Shown here: positions 1-13,921 of the stretch, in pieces
How the letters are laid out: each line of letters starts with the position of its first letter
How positions within the stretch are numbered: position 1 is the first letter of the stretch
NCBI GenBank assembly: GCA_963924565.1
Contig: OZ004615.1
Span: 4,836,001-4,900,000, forward strand
DNA: 64,000 nt
From: Ascidiella aspersa
Lineage: Eukaryota
Direction: 5' to 3'
Position numbers and translations under genes: made by a program
The notes under the pieces: generated by a model
The model's input: only the letters and a program-made list of their open reading frames with translations
The model's database searches: none
What the model was told of the DNA's origin: nothing

Positions 1-819
1 CAACGCTCCCGTCGCTCTTTTTCCACGTATTTTTCGGAACGCCTTCTGCGCGTTTGCCCGTGTTGTCCTGGATTTAAATAGCCCTGAAACAACTATGCTG
101 CGGCCCGATATGACTGTTCTCTACGACGGTGACTTGGTTGCCCTTGCGCCAGGCAGCCACCTATGTGCGCTGGATACGACTTGTTTGTTGTTGCTTTGTA
201 GCCCTAACGCTTGGTTATAAAGCCCGACTCGGGAATTGTAACAAAGCGCTGGTAAAAAGCTAAAGCTTTGGCACACAACAGTTCCTAAACAGGGGCCACA
301 GACCCCAAAGGGCCCTGTAAAAACGTTGTAGGGGGGAATAAATATAGTTACTTTAAATATCATGCTAAAGCTGTTGAACTATTTCGACTTAATTAATGCA
401 TTTAAATATTTATGAACGGAAATGTAGTTTTGATTGACGATAAATTTATGAAGGATTGATTAAAAACAGGAAAAGACCATTTTCAGGTTGTTTTATACAA
501 TCGCTGACAGCTTCTGCTAACAAGGGGTAGGTCACATATGGGTTCTATGAAAGGGTTTTAGGTTGCCAAACACAATTGTGACCCTTGGCCAATATCATTC
601 GTGCAATTTTGCCAGTTTAGTTTCCGTTGTTTTAAAACTGAGGTTTTCAGTCGCATTTTATTCCAATGTTAACATTCCCTTCTTATGGTAGATACGTGAC
701 CAACTGGTTCTGAAAATAGCGTTGTAACTCGTTGTCGAATTAAAAAGTGGGCGGTCATTTGTACAGGTGCGGCGCCCAACAATAGGTAATACAAAACCCA
801 ATACACACACTGCCTTTTG

Positions 820-1145
820 TCACAGCGCATTGTAGCCAAGCCAAAGCAACGCGCAACGGCATTTCGTCATATTATTTAACAGTAAAAATACAGGGAGCCG
901 CCTCCCGGATTGAGAACTGACTGGTACGGAAATCGATTTCAAACCGCGCAACATAACAACTGTGACGTCACCATTGCGCGTTGTTGTGGGTGATGACGCG
1001 GCGTTGCGCGCTTTCCGTTTGTCAGTTCGACGCAGTTCTGACCGGAAATGCCCTTTATGCGTGATGTGAGCCAATGCAACCCGTATCATGACTGGGCGGG
1101 TAACACACCATTGCGTGTCATGTGAATCGGGACTATAAAGCATTG
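820..1145. promoter_or_regulatory. CpG-rich promoter-like segment
   Basis: CRE TGACGTCA 963-970, ETS ACCGGAAATG ~1041, CCAAT 1071, GC box GGGCGGG ~1094. Confidence 0.5.
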
Positions 1146-4100
1146 TTTAGCTGCTGGCTATTAAAGCCGAATGGAGGTTTGACGTTTTTTATGGGGAATT
1201 TTGATAAAGATATGATCAATTTGCCACTACTTTATACGGCATTTTAGTGTTTTTTTATTGTTAAATGTCAAAAGAATACCTTTTCTAGTGTTTCTTTTAG
1301 AATGTTGCAAATCCTAACTAATAGTTTTTAGAAAAGAGGTATTTGAAATCCATTGGATATTTTGACAATAACGACCCTAAAGCTTCCACAAAAAATCGAA
1401 TAAAGTATTCAAGGATGGCGCATTTGTTTCTTTAAACACATAAAAAAATACTAAAAACAGCTGCGTTGGTCGTCAAAGGCTGCTGCTGCAACGGGTTACA
1501 ATGGCAGTCATAACTGAAAGCTTTAACGAGCTTGATATGCTTTCCGGTCCCCCATAAACAATGGCAATTTCCAGTGTCCTGCTATCGCACAACCCTTCAG
1601 GCCCACTCAGGGGCCTTTAAACCGCCGATTGGATTGGCTTGTTGTTTTGCAATGGCTTCGTGTTGACTAGCTCGCCTGTCGCGCATCAATACAGCGTTGT
1701 TGTCAGTCGAGTGTCGCAGCCTTTGCGTGTGTGTGACTCTGCGCGCAGAGTTCACAGTAAGCTAGTTGACACGGCCACTTCAAACCCGGCTAGTTGTTTA
1801 CACCCGATAAGCATATTTACCATTGGCGGTTTGTGTTTGTGCGGACAAGCACTGGACGCAACTTGGCCCCGTGCCAGTTCACTAGTGACTAGTCGACTTT
1901 GCACCATCATTTTTTTTACTTTAAAAAAATGTGTAAAAGACCGATGACGGTATAACGGTTTTAACGTGAGTTTTTTTCTATTGGTTAAGTTTTTATGTCT
2001 TTAAAGCGGTTCCCCTCTTATTAAATTTTACCTTTAGCGAATCTAAATACTGAAAGGTGCGAAATCACTTAACGCTTCCTAATTTTTTTGTCAAACCACA
2101 ACTCAATTGCTATACATCCAAAACTCATTTCTTCACCGATCGTCATAATGCCCTATATTTTGGATACAAAGTATCGCGTTCTGATCCGACTCCAAGTGAC
2201 GTCATTTCTACGCTCAGTTCAGTAAAATAGATAAAATCATTCGTCCAAATTTTGATTCAAACCTACAGCCAACCTAAATTTCCGCTCCGATATAACCGCA
2301 TATCCCTAGCTTAGCCAATACTCACCTTAAACATTTTATCGATTTCAATTAATATGCTTTTTTCGCCCTTTACACTAATTCAAACATTCAACCTAAATCT
2401 CAAATCCGATATTACCGTACATACATATAGCCTATGGCCCTAGTCTTTACCCAACTTAAATATGTTAGCGATTTGACTTTTTATTATAATAATTCAAAAC
2501 GTTCAACCTTTCAAATCGACTCTGAATTGCTCCGCAGCGCCCCCACCTCCCTGCGGCGATCACAGCGCAAGGCGGCAAGGAACGCGGTGGCGGCTTTGGC
2601 CGTCCAACAGCGCACCAAGCAACAGTTCAAGCACAGCAGCAAGCAAGAGGTGGCTAAGCGAAACAACAAGGCTTTCCAGAAAATGCGACAGATCGTCCAT
2701 CAGCCACGCAAGCGCTGCTGAGCAGTTTGCTGGCGGTTTTCCTGTGTGTTTCTGTGTGTTCTCGTGTTAAATAACCCCCTACTTTTTTGTCCTGTGCATA
2801 TACATAGTTTTTTATTGAATATATATAGTTTTTATTTCGGCTACTCTCGCGCCCCTTTCGCGGGACCGAGGAATTTTTGGCGAAATTTGCGCGTTGCTTT
2901 GAGAAGGATTTTAACCTTGCGATTCGAATTGCTGGTAGAAAAGCATTTTACCCGATTTTATTCCTGACTTTTAGTTCCGAAAAAGCGCACGCTTGAGTTT
3001 TTAAAGCGTTTCGTTTGGATGAAAGCAGTGATCAATTTTGCTTTTTCTCCCTACTAAAGTATTTTGCTTTAGAACGATTTTTTTCACTTTTAATAGCAAT
3101 ATTTTGGTTCCGGCGCTTGGCCTGTGTTTCAAAAGCTGTTTTTACTTTAAATTTCGCCAAAAAACTTTCGATGCGCTGTTCGGCATTGCGCAGTCCCGGT
3201 TTGCGCGCGAGAGTGGCCCGTTGTCTATATTGTACAAAAAAAAATAAATAAACAATAATAAACCAAGACAAAAGGTATTACTAACATAATCTTCACTCGA
3301 ATCTCTCTAGGAAAATTGATTTGCGCGTTTTTTGTGTTCTTTTTTTAGTATGTCTGTGTTCGCATGCCTGTAACTTAACGTTTGCCTGAAAACAGCTCGC
3401 TTTTCCAGCGGCGCGCACCTCATTAAATCACGTGCGGTAATGTGTACAGGGATGTTTTTGTGCTTTCTTATTTCGGGCGCGTTTTTTTTTGCTTTTTCGC
3501 TTCGTAGCGGCGCCGGTCGACTTTTCAAAGCTTTCAAAAAGTAGTGTACAAAATTTGCTTGCAACGCTCGAAAATACGCTTGCCCCTTTTTGATTTTTTC
3601 TTCTCGTCGCCTGTAAATTTTCACCCTTTTTTCACTTTTACAAACAAAAAAATTTTATTTTTTAATAACCCTTCTAAAGATCGCATACGCATTTATTGCT
3701 ATTAATATTATTAATATATACATATATACATATTTTTTCGTGTGTGCGTGTTTGTCCACAAATGTAGGACGTGTCATTGCCACTGCATTTCGTTCTGTTT
3801 TATTGCGTGCTTTTCCTTGAAAAAAAACAACAATACCGCTATACTTTCGATTATTTGTTTGTTTGTACGTAAAAGCTGTGCTGGAGTTGTCGTTTCTTTC
3901 TGTGAACGCAATCAGTTACCCATTTATTGCCCAACTTGGATCCAATAACGATTTTTTTTAATTTAAAACGAAAAATATTTTTTTCGTTTTTAAAACAAAA
4001 TTTTGCAAGTAAAAACAAAAGTTTTCAATAACGAAAAATGGCCAGCCGCCGGTCGTAGTCACCTACCTACCTCCAACTGGCATGAACGGACGCCTTACTG

Positions 4101-5561
4101 TGATGTAAAACCAATAACCCCTCTTTGAAGCAATACAGCGCCGAAATGAGCTTAAAAATAGCACCCCGGTGTGCAGTCTGTTGTTCCGCTGCAGTTATAT
4201 CCCTGGTACCGCTGGTTATAGTAAGTTCCTGCGCAATCGAGTAGAATAAAAACCACAAAAAATCCAAACTATACTCGGGTACCTTTGCTTTGTGATTTTC
4301 TTTTTAATTCAACCTGTGTTTTGCTACTTTTTTTCGCCTTTGTTCACTTATTCATCCAAACTTGCCTGGTGTTGACATTTTTGCGATCACCTGCCTTCCG
4401 CACAGTTTTCGCGGCGGTTTGCTTTTTGGGTAGTTTTCCACGCTTTGAAACGAGCGCGCCCGTTTATTTTGCTGCAATCCGGAACCTATGCTGACGCGTA
4501 CACCAATACTGGGCGCTATTGGTTATTCGTTATGGCTAGCAGAATTGGCAATACATCATAAGTGTACCTAGTGCCAGCTTTCTAAACACTTCATCCGTAT
4601 TGCGGCAATAACCCTGTAACTTCTACAACACAGCTTAGGCCATACAAAAATAACTCTGTCACATATTACCTGTTGTTTGTCGTGAGCGATCACAGCGGCA
4701 ATATTGTTGTGCAGAAACGAGCTCGGAATTCAAACACAGCATTAAAAAAAATCGTCGTTTGTAACCCACTCTTCTTTGTCAGTGTACTATATGTTTAGGC
4801 AGACTTGTACGTCCGTTTGTCGCTGTGTTGTTCACTACCCAAACAACTAACCTCTACCGTGTTATATATTCCATTCTTAGCCGAAAGCAACTTGCCCGTC
4901 AATATCAAAGGCGACCACCCTGTCGTCTTTTGACGCGTTTCAAATTCAATAAACTAACTTCAAATTCCACGCTGACTGTTTGTTTTCACAACATTGAGTG
5001 TCAGATGTCAATTCAGTTAGAACTTGGTAGTAAATGGTATCAATATACGCTTATTTCCTAAATGAAAGGTCAGGTGAAAAATGTTGAGTTGAACCTTAAA
5101 CCAGCGGTGTCCAACTCAAACATGCCGAGGAGCCAATTTTTATCTTATAACTTCTTCCCGTGCCAAGGTTCAACAATTCTTTTCTCTAATATTAAAAGCG
5201 CTTTTATACAAAAAATAAAAACAGTATAGTGTTATAATATAAGAAGTAATGGTTTGTTGTCATGTTTGCTGGGATTGTTTTGTATTGTGAATAAACAATG
5301 ACAATTGGCTGTATAACAAATTTAGCTTTTTTGACAATTGGCTGTATTTTGGGGGGGCTTGAACGATCACCGTAAGTTTCCTAAGGTTTCTTGTTTCAAG
5401 TGTCCGAATTATGACGTAAGTCTGTGACGTAATCTCTGATAATTTCCGTGCGTTTCGTTTAGAATAATTTTTCAGCGTTCCGGTAATCAAGTTATACCTA
5501 TCGCAAACCATGATCTAATTGTCCTAAATGAACATTTAAATATCAGATCGACATCGATGCC

Positions 5562-5883
5562 CAGTGTTCTACATAAGTTCAGCCAAGTAACTTGCAACAT
5601 TACCTATGCACAAGTCAAGTTATTTTCAATAAATACCAAGTACCCCTTATCAAAAAAAAGTAAAATTATTAAAATTACTATTAAAAAAAAATAATTCATT
5701 CTATTTTAAGCAATATTTGCATAGTAAATACTATAACGAAACAAATGGCGGAGTAAAGCAATAAGCATATTTTCACGTCTAAAAGTTGAAGTTAATAACC
5801 TATTTTTTTACGATTTTGTTTAATAAAATTATCCAAATGACTTAAGTCAAGTCAATAAAAAAGCAAGGACTTGAAGAGCACTG
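5562..5883. mobile_element. Degenerate hAT MITE related to the 26198 element
   Basis: CAGTGTTC...GAGCACTG ends; the same AAGTCAAGT/GACTTAAGTC subterminal motifs; no TSD. Confidence 0.6.
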
Positions 5884-7299
5884 AAGTCAGCCATTGGCGA
5901 AAAGGGTTATGGGATGTCTCATACAGGATCTGTACCGCCACTTAGCGGACATTATTCGTTAGTTATTAAACTTATTTTGATGTGCAACCAAGGCGATAAC
6001 AATTTCTGAATATATTTCCTTCTAATTAAAACCTTGCTTTTTGCGAACAGAAACAGTTTCTTTCTCAAGTGACAATCAAGATTGTGCATGACATCGTTTT
6101 ATGTTATATATCATCAAAAGCTCTATTTAACAAGTTATTGTGCGACACTTATTTTAACCGGGTCAAGAAAATTATACATTCTTGCAAAAATGTTGTCAAC
6201 GACAAGCATTTTTTTATAAGTATATCTTTGCCAAAAATATATATATATTAGCCTAAAATATATATATTGTGCCCTAAAAAATAGACATCCCCAGTTTTTG
6301 TACAAAAAAACAAACAAAAATTTAGCCTAAGGGACCTAAATGTTTTTTCAGAAATTGATTATGTCTGTTCTACGCGGCGAAATATAATTTTCTGTTAATT
6401 TGGGGAAATTATTTTATGCATCGCACCTGTTTTCACTAAACAGTCTATATCGTCTGAGTTGAGTTTATTTTATAAATCAGTAGGCATATCCAGTTTTACC
6501 ATGTAGGCTAGTCTATATAGATCAAAGTAATTACAGCTTTAAAACTATTTATTTTTATATGTTTCCTTGTCAGCATGTTGTAGCCTTCGTAGGTAACATA
6601 AAGACTTGGTTAAAGTTTGAACTTTTTTAAGGTGTTTCATTTACTGGGAATTTGTATGTGTAAAAAGTGCTATATGTTGTTGTGTTGCTGTTTGCTTAGA
6701 AAATATTTAAATCTTGGTGTTTTTCTATAAAAAGACTTGAACGTAAGGTATTTTGCGAGTCGATTGACTCTTACTTGAGAGATTTGAAAAATACTTGTTT
6801 ACAGCACCGCTATCGCGCAACGTAGCTGATAGCAACAGGCCACTGACTGAGCTGATAAAAGATCAATGGAGGGTTTGTTCAATCACACATATGCTACCAT
6901 CAGTAAATTTATGCCTCCTAAATACAAATACAAATTTATAAAAAACTATATATTTTTTTACAAAACAAATTTAGCATGAACTTCTTAAAATCGGTAGTTA
7001 AAATTTTTTGTACATTTTTATGGCCTAACTGGTCCATGCTAGTTGGAACATATCACAAGTTAACCCTAATATGCATTAAGAAAAAAATACTATCATGAAT
7101 ATTGTAAAAATAGGTTTGAATAAATTTAACCAAATTAATAAAATATATATATTTTCATAAACTCGAATCATATATGAAGTTGTGACATCATACGCTAACG
7201 TTTGCATTTCTAGAAAATTATTTTATCGATCAACAAGACTGGCCTTATTACAGCGTGAAAACATTGCTTTGCGTATTGTATGTTATTTTATTATGTTTT

Positions 7300-7690
7300 A
7301 TCCGAAATTCACGCACAACGATGCGAAACCACCGTCAAACGATTTCGGAATCGTCGTTTCGTGAACTCCCCGATGGGAATAATAAAATCCTTAATTCGAA
7401 CGTCACAGGAATTCGGCCAATGGGAAGCGAGCCCTCACTTACTTAGCCCAGGTTTATGATCTACCGCGCCCCTCCCGGCGCAGAAATGGCAGAATGGCGA
7501 CTGGAGGTGAAGATGTTGTTTTACCTTTTCAATGTGTTTTTTGCCCTTTTTCCTGCCGATTTGTCACGCTAAAAGCCGAGATTTGCGGAAAGCGGTTCAG
7601 GTGTTGCTCATAATTCCAGTTTTCGTCCGCCAATCTTGTAAACACAGAAGAATAACAAGAAAGTGCAGAACAGCATTTCACAGGTTATTT
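7300..7690 (+). promoter_or_regulatory. CpG-rich promoter-like segment / candidate alternative non-coding first exon of Gs-alpha
   Basis: CCAAT ~7417, GC-rich core, YY1-like AATGGCG ~7493, possible donor CAG|GTTATT after 7683; a long CpG-depleted block starts just downstream. Confidence 0.4.
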
Positions 7691-10600
7691 CGCTTCTGAA
7701 ATTGTTTCAGTTAGTTAGTCTTAAATATATAAGGCGTAAGCTATACAGTGTTAGTCTGTTGCTGTCCTAGAATCTTGCAAAACTAGTGCAGACGTTAAAA
7801 AAGAGGTTTAATTATCATCAATGGTGTTTTGTTGCAATTGAAACTACAGCGATTTGTTTTTAACATGCATTTTGATCTGTTTCCAGTGTTTTGATGATTT
7901 ATATTGTTGTTTATATATTGTGCATTTTATTTAATTATTCATTGCTTTTATTTTGTTTTATTTTTGAATTAATTGCTTTCGAGAAAGGTAATTAGACATT
8001 TTGTCCTAGATATCTTAATATGTGAGTATTATATTTATATTTTAAAGATTTAACTGTTGCGTTGAGATTATGATTACTGGGCACAACACAACTTACATAA
8101 TATAGATCAATATATTTAAATTTTACAAACAACAACGCATTCCAAAAAGGATGATTAGTTTTAGTTATATAACTTGTTTCATAGTTTCCTAATTGATTAC
8201 TTTTTTGAGGGATAATTACTTAGTTTCACATAATGTATTACCTGAACAGCTTGTTTAGCTTCTTTTAGTCTTTGTAGGTTTCGTAAAAAACATATTCAGT
8301 TTGTGCCACTTAGGTAAACAAACAAATGTTCCTGAATGTTTCTTTAAATGGCTGTGTTTGTATGGTATTTGTTTTTATGGAATTGATCTGGTGCTTGGAA
8401 TATCACTTGTAGTAAAGTTAGTTATCCAAAATATGGCAAACTAAGCTCGCATTTTGAAACACTCACTTTGGAAATTATAAATTGCAAATAATGTTTTACA
8501 ATTAGTGGTACATCCTCTCTAATTCCAATTTCCTAAACATCGCTGGGGCAATATTAATTTTTGTGTCATAAAAGAGCGGTTTGCGGCACACTTTATCATT
8601 TGAAAATGTCATATGACTTCCCCAGTGTGCGAACGCTGAACAAATTAACGATGTCATGCATAAGCTGAAAGCAGTTGTACACCATGCTCAAAACACCATA
8701 TATTTATGTCTCGTTTTTATAAGATTAATATTAAATGATCAACAATGCCCCCCCCCCTAAAATTTTTTTTTTGTATAAATTAAAATAAAAATGTCAGCAA
8801 CTAAAAAGAGCAATTCATATTTAAAACTAAAAACAACAAAGTATATTTCCAACGCTTTATGTTAAATGATTTAGGTAGACCGTAAATCCGTAATATAACG
8901 ACCTGTATTGTCAAGAATATTTTTTAAATTTATGTTGTTTTAAAAAGTCATATTAAGAAACAGAAGTAGTTAAAATATAAATAAAAGTTAAAAAAATTCT
9001 GCATAAACAAGTGATGTTACTCTCATTTGTAAAACCGTAGATACCAATGGAACAAAAATAAAAATGTGATAGTTTCAAACTTTAAAAGATAATGATTGAG
9101 TTATGTTTAGCTTATAAGTTGGCGAATACTCAACCACAGATTCTATCCTGTGTGATGATTTTATTAATTGCCAGGTCACAATGATTTGTTGCAAAAAAGG
9201 ATTTGTGTAAGAGTTGAAAAATTTCTATAACAAATACAATTACCTCTATAACAATAGTTTTGGTTTGAAATCATCTTCAAGTCTTGCTTAATCTGCTTGT
9301 AGATCTGTTTTATTAACTGGTTTGTGACTTTGACTTAAATGATTAATTTGATTGTTTGTATAAGCTCATGGTATCTCTTTGCCTTCCTTAATGTGATATA
9401 CAATGACACGCTGGGTGTGAAATGTTAAAGTTGTGCTTTACCACTAACAAACAAAGACATCTTAAGTAGAACACCAGGGTGTTAAGTTGCATGCTATTTT
9501 ATTTTGACTTTAGATTAATGGTGATCATTAGTTTATGTAAAAGTATAAGACTGATCTGTACTGTCTGGTGGTTATGTTGACTTCGATACCTTTGTAAGAC
9601 GCCAAAACGTTAGAATTTGCAAACATAGCCTTACAAAGTGTAATTTTAGTCTAATATTGCCAGGCAGTTTTGTGCAGTTAAGGTTACCTGCATTCTCCAG
9701 GGAAATTCACTAAAATGTAGGAAATTTGTTTTATAACTAACTTACCTGTAGATGGATGTAGTTCCAGCTAAAACATTGTAAATAGAATTGTAATTTTCTG
9801 AACAGGACTTTGCTCAGGAGTCAGGATATTCCTTTACAAAAACTAGTAATTGGATGCCTAATTGCAGTAGCATCATGGTAAGTGATGCAATGCAGTGCTT
9901 TTTTAGGACTGGAAAACATATTAGTCTGTGCTGAAAGATATTATTCCTTAACTAAGATACAACAAACTTTCAAAGTCTTGGCCAAATTCAAAAGATAAAA
10001 ACTGCCTAAAGATTGGTGGTTTATTAGATGTCAATGCCCACTTGTTCTTAAACCTGTTAATATATCAGGCACTAGTGATATATATTGGAGCTACTACTCA
10101 AACAAGACATACATTACACCCAGGTTAAAATACACACAATTGCCAATGATTCATTCATATATCTATCTATTTAAGTCATAAGAACAGTGCTTAAAGCAAT
10201 GACTGGAATTTGTCACAAATTAAATTACATCAACGCACAACCAGAAATTAAGGATGCTCGTAGAAGTGTAACCGCTGTTTGAACTTGGGTAAATAAAATC
10301 ATATATGTTAATACACTGGCAAAGCATTTGCTATTTCTACTTTTTAAGAAAGGCAGGCTGTTGATTGGACATAGCAGTATAAACTGAAGTCCCCAAAACA
10401 AAAAGTTCATATGTAGCCAATAATATTGGATCAATTTACCAAAAGCCAAACAAAGGTGCTGTGCTGTCATCGAGAGAAAAACAATTTTATCAGCATGAAG
10501 CAGGTTTAAAATAATCAGAGGGACAATTTCTTTTTAAAATCGCTTTATATTTCTTGAATTGTATTTTTAGAAAAAACAAGGAAACCAAGTGTCACCAAAC

Positions 10601-13196
10601 TTATTGACTGGAATCACTAGGGTAGAGAACAGTCTATAAGGCGGCTTTTGTAATCACTGAATTCCCAAGCTGGTATAAGATGCTGTAGTAATAGCAGTGT
10701 TTGTGTTTAGTTGGCCAGTTATCTTGATAAAAGCATTTACATACACCGACATCTGGTTGATTTAGCATCCCTTTGTTTCTTGACGAAAAGTTTTCTTTTA
10801 TTTGTACAAATCGAAACATATGTTGAACATTGGAAGATGTCTTCAAGTTTAAGCAAACAGTTTGTATGCAAATCACATTGGGCAATTCTTTGAATTTGGT
10901 AATAAATCAAATCCCTTCAAAGTTGTTATACCGCTAATGTTTCAATGTTCTGTAACAATTGGCAAGCATTTTTAAAACTGTTACTCAACGAATAACTGGC
11001 GGTCACTGTCAGCAATTAAGAACTGTCGGAAAGTTCCTTTATAAAGCCATTTAAAGGATATATGACAAGACGTTAAACCAACTGAAAAACAACAAGAAAA
11101 TGAAATGTTTATAATGCATGCTTAGTGTGTGTTTCCACAACAGAATCTTTTTTAATATTTATTTGTACAGATAAACTGATGGTGACCATTCATTTATATT
11201 TGGCGAAATGCATATTTATTTATATTAAAAGTTTTGGACCTTGCTGACTGTTTTGCGCTTCTTAAGCTAGTATATAATGTATTGAATATAATCACAATGT
11301 TTATGCTGTTTAATGGCACTACTTTAATGAACATTCAATACTTACTGCTGAAACAAGGAAAAATACTTTTTAAGTCATGGCGGCTTAGCTGATTTTGGTG
11401 ATGTGGTGTTCTAGGCTATCTTCTGTTCTCACATGGATTACTAAATTTGTTTATTGCACAAAAAAGTAGTGTAGAAAAAGTAAAATAGAATACCCAATCA
11501 ACCATATTAGACCCCTGCCCAAATCAAAGATCAGCACATCTGTACCATTACTTTCTAAAAGTGTTTCAGCTCATCTGTCCCATTTTTGAAAGTTTTTTTA
11601 ATATTGCACTCTACCATTCTATATTTGTTTCTGTATAATTAGTATAAGGTTGTAGCAAAATGCTGTATAAATAAAATTGAAACTGTAAATCATGGAAAAA
11701 ACATTATTGCTTGAAATGAGTGTTAAACTAGTTTTTACTTGAGGTCAAAGCATAGATTAAGTGTATGTTGTATGTGATGTCACTGAAGATCAATGTTACT
11801 TTAGTTGGCAGCTTACCAATTAGTAGTTTATTAAGTTGTGCATTGGTTTCATTGATGTTAAGCATTTTTAGGCACAAAATTTGGTATCCCTACAAGCTAC
11901 AACATATTGCAATTTGTTAATCAGCTGAAATGTATTACTAAAATCACAAAAATACCTTTTTATTGGTATTTCTTAAAGCCAGTGTTCAAATCTATTGATT
12001 CTCTTTAGTTTTAAGATTGTGTTTAATTGTCTTTCTGTAATGCTCATTAATCTTGTCTCTTTTAAGAGTGTGTTGTTGATCATGAAAACTGTCTGTCCAT
12101 GATCATGAAACTACTAGAAGCACTTTGCCATCAATTTGTTTTCGAATGATAATCCACTTCCAAAATTATTAAAAGTGAAATACCCAATGAAAACACATAA
12201 TATTCAATGCACACTGGCACACTTCTACTTCACTTTACTTAATTTATTTTGTAAGGTTTATAAGGTGACATTTTGTATAAACTTCTGACTTTATTTACCA
12301 TAGTTTTCTTTATAACAACATTTGTTTTCTTGATATTTTTGTTACATAACAAACCCTTGATAGTCTTTGCTTGATTTAAATGTTTCTGCCATATAAGTGT
12401 TTGGTAATTTGCCTTGGTGCTTTTGCCATATGTTTTTACACAGCAATTGAAAATCAATTTTTCAGGCCCCTCCCTAACATTGTGCATGCAGTCCACTGTA
12501 CCAAATAGGTTGCCTATTCCAGGCCTATAAATTGCACACTGAATGAAAAGATATGAAGCCTGGTGTTACCACTACATTGGCAGTATGCAGCCATTTCTCC
12601 CTATTTAAAGTGTATTCAGCCCTGTATTTTTAGATGCGCTTTGTGTACTTTGTGTTGTTTTTTGCCGTATCATTTCTCTTTATTCAATATTTGTGCAAAG
12701 AGCCTATTATACCATAAAAGCCAAAGCATTTTGTAAGTGTATTTTTAAACCTGTAAAATATTCATAACTGCATAAAAGAAGTTTTTTATTTTGCTTTTTT
12801 AATAAAACATATTTTTTTTCCTTGAAATTACTTCAATGTTTTAAAATTGATATTTGTTTTAAATGCTATTGTTTCTCCAGAAAGCAGTTGTAATTAAATA
12901 TTTTTTGTAACTGTCAATGTCCATTTAGCAAACTACCTTATGTAAAAGTAATTATTTTAGGTGCTAGGTTTTCACTAATGTCCTTCACAAATGTAGCTCA
13001 TCTTTACATAGAGACAACATATATTGACTCATGTTGAACTCTCAAGTGTGTGCTTGACTGCTTGGCCTCTAGAGAAGTTTGTGTAAACACCCACCAGCAT
13101 AAATTTTACTCTTTCCCAAATACTATTTTTAAAATATATTATAAAGACAAAACATGACAGTTGTATTGAAAGGTCGCCTTAGCATGCAGTTTTAAT

Positions 13197-13921
13197 AGCC
13201 AAGCTACCAATTTTAGCTTTTTTTAAACTTTGGTGGTGTTTTGATTAACACTTAATTTTTTTTTTCACTATTCCTTTATTTACAGCTGGTTGTTAGTAAA
13301 ACAAAATGCTGTTGTACCAGACAGTGTAAGCAATGACTGATGAAGTTTTTGCGAAGCGACCAATTTTACCTTTTTTTCTAACCTATAATTTTTTTTCACT
13401 ATATGACCTCTTTATTTACAGCTGGTTGTTAATTGAACAAAATCCTGTTGTATGAGACTGTGTAAGCAATGACTTATGAAGTTTTAGCCAAGCTACCAAT
13501 TTTAGTTTTTTTCAATCTTTGGTGGTGTTTTGATTAACACCTATAATTTTTTTTTCACTATTCCTTTATTTACAGCTGGTTGTTAATTGAACAAAATCCT
13601 GTTGTACCAGACAGTGTAAGCAATGACTGATAAAGTTTTAGCCAAGCTACCAATTTTAGCTTTTTTCAAACTTTGGTGGTGTTTTGATTAACACCTATAA
13701 TTTTTTTTTTCACTATTCCTTTATTTACAGCTGGTTGTTAGTAAAACAAAATGCTGTTGTTCCAGACAGTGTAAGCAATGACTGATGAAGTTTTTGCGAA
13801 GCGACCAATTTTACTTTTTTTTCTAACCTATAATTTTTTTTCACTATATGACCTCTGTATTTACAGCTGGTTGTTAGTAGAACAAAACCTGTTGTATGAG
13901 ACTGTGTAAGCAATGACTGAT
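13197..13921 (+). repeat. Tandem repeat, five units of ~136-155 bp in two subtypes (order A-B-A-A-B)
   Basis: Recurring tttacagctggttgtta...gtgtaagcaatgact at ~13280, 13416, 13570, 13725, 13860. Confidence 0.93.

Noticed and set aside
2434-2721. 95-aa basic ORF (LRRSQRKAARNAVAALAVQQR...)
   Set aside because: No recognisable domain or compatible splice sites, and its 5' half lies in a local repeat. More likely leader or promoter sequence, though a uORF is not excluded.
13197-13921. CRISPR-like array
   Set aside because: Eukaryotic context; whole units are repeated with no unique spacers, and no cas genes are present.
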